A DNA stretch of 62,246 nucleotides, filler included. It is 15 parts of 15 records of this genome, joined end to end, with 100 filler letters (N's around TTAATTAATTAA, not from the genome) between each part and the next. Parts side by side here need not be neighbours in the genome. Positions count along the whole stretch, not along the records: positions 55,575 to 59,033 come from SRR7504441_15040; positions 59,134 to 62,246 come from SRR7504441_15068; 13 more parts are not named here. The stretch is one strand, 5' to 3'. The notes beneath the pieces were generated by a model. That model saw nothing but the letters and a program-made list of their open reading frames with translations. It searched no databases and was not told the DNA's origin. Each line of letters begins with the position of its first letter. The stretch's first letter is position 1. This document shows, one piece after another, positions 58,516 to 62,246 of this stretch. Position numbers and translations under genes: made by a program.

Positions 58516-59033
58516 TTAAGCACCTTCAAGATAAATCACTACTTCCGTCCAAGCCTTGAACGTCTTTGCATCATGCAAGATGTACTTCTCGAGAAAGCTC
58601 GGCGCGGCTTCTGTAGTATGGGTCTCGGTTGAACCATCAAAACTGATTCGCGACTTAGGAATGTGAGTAGGACCTTGATGCCAATCACGCTCATGTCGTG
58701 CAGCGTCGGAACCCAGCGGGAAAAGCACATGCGCTGCACAACGATTGTGCAATCTCGCACCTTCTGATTTCCACAGGGCGGTTGGTGACACCAATCTTGA
58801 AGACTTCAGACTCTTCTGTCGAGAACTTGATCGAAAGTAGGTAGAGGCAGGCTGGTTTGTCAGGGTCAAAGCCAGACTCGGCGCATGCTGGACAGCCCCT
58901 GCCGCGCACTCTGCTACTCCCTATGGCCTCCCACTGATGGCTGCACTTGCTGCACCTCCACCACAGCTTACTGTCAGTCCCTGCGATCAGCGTCTCCGCC
59001 GTCACGCCCGGGTCCAGCCTTGGCACATCGAGC
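58516..59033 (-). pseudogene. Zinc-ribbon (DUF4379-like) plus GIY-YIG/T5orf172-like nuclease, frameshifted, 5'-truncated
   Basis: KLWWRCSKCSHQWEA..RGCPACAESGFDPDKPACLYLL..FKIGVTNR in one frame; LFPLGSDAARHE..FDGSTE in another. Confidence 0.55.
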
Positions 59034-59133
59034 NNNNNNNNNNNNNNNNNNNNNNNNNNNNNNNNNNNNNNNNNNNNTTAATTAATTAANNNNNNNNNNN
59101 NNNNNNNNNNNNNNNNNNNNNNNNNNNNNNNNN
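59034..59133. other. Artificial contig linker
   Basis: N44-TTAATTAATTAA-N44. Confidence 0.98.
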
Positions 59134-59396
59134 CGAGGCTGAGGCGGCCAAGCAGCTCCACCTAACTCAGGACTGCTGACTCGGGAGGCCGCCGCCCGGC
59201 TGGCCGAGGTCAGGCCTGCAGGCGTACTGCGGGCGTCGCCCGCAATTAACAACCTGGATTCCAGGTTTATGAATATGGTTGCCCGGATCTCTCGATTAAC
59301 ATGTATGTACTATACGAGCTCTTTTTTATTTGATACGTAGATCATTGCACAATATTCGAGGCCATGGTCATCTGGTGCATGTGCAGCTCGCCGCGA

Positions 59397-62221
59397 TCAC
59401 TCTTGCAGCATCACTACCTCCTGCGCATTTTGTGTTTTTGAAGTCCCGATGTTGTTGAGCGCGTCCTCCGCCTCTGTAATTGCAGCCTCCGAGTCTTGGG
59501 CGACCTTGAGCGCCTTAGCTTGCGCCTCAGCAGCATGGCCGGCCGCCGCATTGGCGCTGTCGGACACACCTGCTGTTTCAATCTCAGCATCCTCGATCGC
59601 CTTCTCCTTCTCCTGGGACAGAAGCTTCGCGGCGCTGTCCCTAGCCTTGGCTCTAGCCTTCTCGGCTTGCTTCTCGGCGTCAGCAAGGATAGCGCTTGCC
59701 TCAGATGAGGCTTGCTGCTCGATTTCGGTCGCCACGTCTTTCGCCTTGTGGACTGCGTCGTTGGCCGCGAGTGTGCTCTTCTTCACGTCGTTGTGAGCCT
59801 GCTGCATCAGCCTACCCGATTCCTGCTCGGCCTCCTCCCGCAGCTTGTTGGCCTCCGCGTCTGCCTGCTGTGTGGCAGCCAGCTCTGACTGCTGCTCCTT
59901 CTGCAACTGCACCTGTGCCTGCGCCGCCACCCGCTTCGCTGCGGCCGCCGCCCTGGCCTCGGTCTGCATCTTTTCTCTCATCGCCTCCTGGTTGGCGGCA
60001 GCCACGCGACTGGATGCCTCCTTCTGTGCAGAATCCAATCCAGCCTTGGCCGCAGCCTCTTGCTTCTCAAGCTGCTGCTCGCTCTGTGCAGCCGCCTCGC
60101 GTTCAAGTTCCTTGTCCTCAGCCTCGGCCCGTTTCAGTTCCTTCCTGACAGCGACCTTCTTGGCCGCAATCTTGCTGGTACTCTGCTTGACCTCCTTCTC
60201 GGCCTTGCTCTCAGTGGCGGCCAGTGCGGCCGCAACCTCCTGCTTGCGCTGGTCTTCCAGCTGTTGCTTCGCCTTCTGCTGGTCGGCCTCGAGCTTGCCC
60301 ACAAGCTGCTCGTGCTGCTTGGCCTGTTGGAGTTTTTGTTTGTCAAGCTCGGCTTTCTCTTGCTGAGCCTTGTTCGAGATCGAAACCATCTCCTTGGCTG
60401 CCTTGGCCTTGACTGCAGCGACATTGTTCGCCATCTTGTCTTTGGCTTCGTCCGCCTGCTTCTTGGCCTCCTCCACCAGTGCTTTGTCCTTGTCCACCTC
60501 GGCCTTGCTGGCCGCCGCCTCCTGCTCAAGCTTGGCCTTGACCTTATCAGCCTCCTGTTTGATCACACCTTGGTTCTCTTTCGCAATCTGCTCAGCCTTC
60601 TGGGCCGCAGCCTTCTCGATCGCCTCGACCGACTTTTGAGCTTCCTTCTGGGCCTTGCTCGAGTCCTTCTTCTTATCAGACAGCTTCACCACCTTGGCTT
60701 TGTGTTCAGCGACTTGCTCAGTGGCTTCGTTCATCATCGACTCTGCAAACTTCTGACCGGTAGCAAGCTTGTCCGCCACCTCCTCCTTGACCTTGGCTTG
60801 CCGCTGCTGGATCTGAGCCTTCTCCTCCTGCCACTCGGCCATTTCCTTGGCGACTATGTCTTTGCTCTCAGCATTGGCCTCCTTCATCACGGCTGCGACC
60901 ACTTTCTTCGCATTCGATTTCATTTCGCTCGCTGCAGCGTCAGCCGCGGCCTCCGCCTTTTTCGCACGAGCCATGTCAGACACCGCCTTGTCCTCTTTCT
61001 TCTTGACCAGCTTGACTTCGGCCTGCGCTTCTTCCAGTCTGCCCTTAGCCGCCCGCTGGTCGGTCTTAGCTTGATCAACCATGATCGCCGCCTGCCTCGC
61101 CGCCTTCTGCTCCAGCCCGCGCGCCTCCGCGTCCGTCCTCTCCTTGACCGCATAGCTCGCCTCCTGCGCCACACGTGTCACACTTGCCGCCTTTTGGACA
61201 GCCTCCTGCGTATCGGCTGCGGCCCTTTGCTCGGCCGCCTCAGCTGAGACAGCCGCCGCCTTCTCGCTCTTAGCAAATTCAAGTGCTTGCTGCTCGTCCA
61301 GAGCCGCCTGCTCGGCCGCGTGCCGCTTCTTGGCCTCTGCTTCCTGCTCCACCTTGGCCGCGTCGGCCTGCGCCGCCTGCAGTTTCGTCTTGGCCCGCTG
61401 CTCGGCCCTCACTTTGCTGGCTACTGCCTCGGCCTGGGCAGCCTCCTTGGTCTTCCGGCTCTCCTGGTTCTCCAGCAGCTTGCCCTCCTGCTCCACGCGT
61501 GCCGCCTCCTCGTTGGCTTCCCGGATCTTCTGCGCGCCTTTCTCCTTAGCCAACTCGATCTCGGCTCGCGCGCTCTGCTTGGCCTGTGCCAGGCGCAGCT
61601 GCCCCGCGCTCGCCGCATCGGCCGTCTTCTGCCGGATTGCCGCCTTCTGCTTGGTCAGGTCTGAGGCGGTGGCGCGCACCACCTGCTCATCGACCACCTC
61701 CGCCTTCTTCTCCTGATCGAGCGCCTCCTTTGCGCCTTTCTCCTCCGCGGCGGCCGCCTGCTGCTTGGCGTTGTCGGCCAGCGTCTTGAGCGTCCGGTCC
61801 TGGTTGGCCTCGGCCTCGCTCATCTCGCGCGCTTGCTTGGCTTTGGCCGCCGCTATCTCGGCCTGCAGCTCGGCCTCACGTTGCTTCTCCACAGTGGCGG
61901 TCTCTGACTGGATCTGCGACACCTTGGCGGCCGCGATCTTATCCAGCTTGGTCTTCTCCACCGCCGCCTGGTTCTTGGCCTCTACCGCTACCTTGTTCGC
62001 CTGCGCCCTTCCATCGGCCGCAATCACGGCCGCCTTCTTGTCCGCCTCCTCTTGCTCTCTCTTGGCTTCGGCTTCAGCCTGTGGTCGGTCTGGTGAGCCC
62101 CAGCGGCCGGGCCGGGCGCACCTTGGCGGCGATTTCAACCATCCGTTTGTTGGCCTGCGCCTGGACTGTCTTCACCTTGCCCGCTGCTACCGTCCTCTCA
62201 GCCTCGGCCTGCCGCCACGCT
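59397..62221 (-). CDS. Ala/Lys/Glu/Gln-rich long coiled-coil protein (5'-truncated)
   Basis: About 900-aa low-complexity helical ORF; probable intron near 62078-62120; ends at a poly-C run. Confidence 0.75.
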
Positions 62222-62246
62222 CCCCCCCCCCCCCCCCCCCCCCCCC

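Noticed and set aside
59397-62138. Bacterial TolA or contaminant
   Set aside because: Only compositional similarity; no TolA domain III or tol operon, and a probable spliceosomal intron at the 5' end.
62222-62246. Poly-C/G runs (also 40337-40348, 48286-48294) as functional G-quadruplex elements
   Set aside because: They sit at contig ends where assembly broke, so their length and context are unreliable.

Overview
This is not a contiguous locus. It is 15 short contigs (about 3-6 kb each) joined by artificial 100-nt linkers (N44-TTAATTAATTAA-N44). The DNA comes from a gene-dense, GC-rich eukaryotic microbe, probably flagellated (FBF1-like and Sfi1-like genes); I cannot assign the lineage from sequence alone. 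Genes are split by very short introns (mostly 34-45 nt) with AG|G exon context, weak intronic donors, several GC-AG cases, CTGAC/CTAAC branch points and often G-rich acceptors, so the ORF track fragments most genes. Recognisable genes: RPL10, RLP24/RSL24D1, eIF3i, a Vps39/TGFBRAP1-family protein, LUC7-like, theta-class GST, PAP2 lipid phosphatase, alpha/beta hydrolase, PhyH-type 2OG-Fe(II) oxygenase, a tandem-module PRMT, an EF-hand alpha-kinase, an XPA-C/photolyase-like fusion, a secreted glycoside-hydrolase-like protein and several coiled-coil proteins. The best hidden feature is a box C/D snoRNA in the unusually long RPL10 intron 1, with compensatory box changes and a 13-nt LSU rRNA guide. 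Also notable: a PRMT with reversed module activity, the XPA-photolyase fusion, a LUC7 lacking zinc-finger-2 ligands alongside exon-side-dominated donors, and a frameshifted zinc-ribbon/GIY-YIG-like nuclease relic. All family calls rest on motif recognition by eye; no searches were run, and exon structures are inferred.
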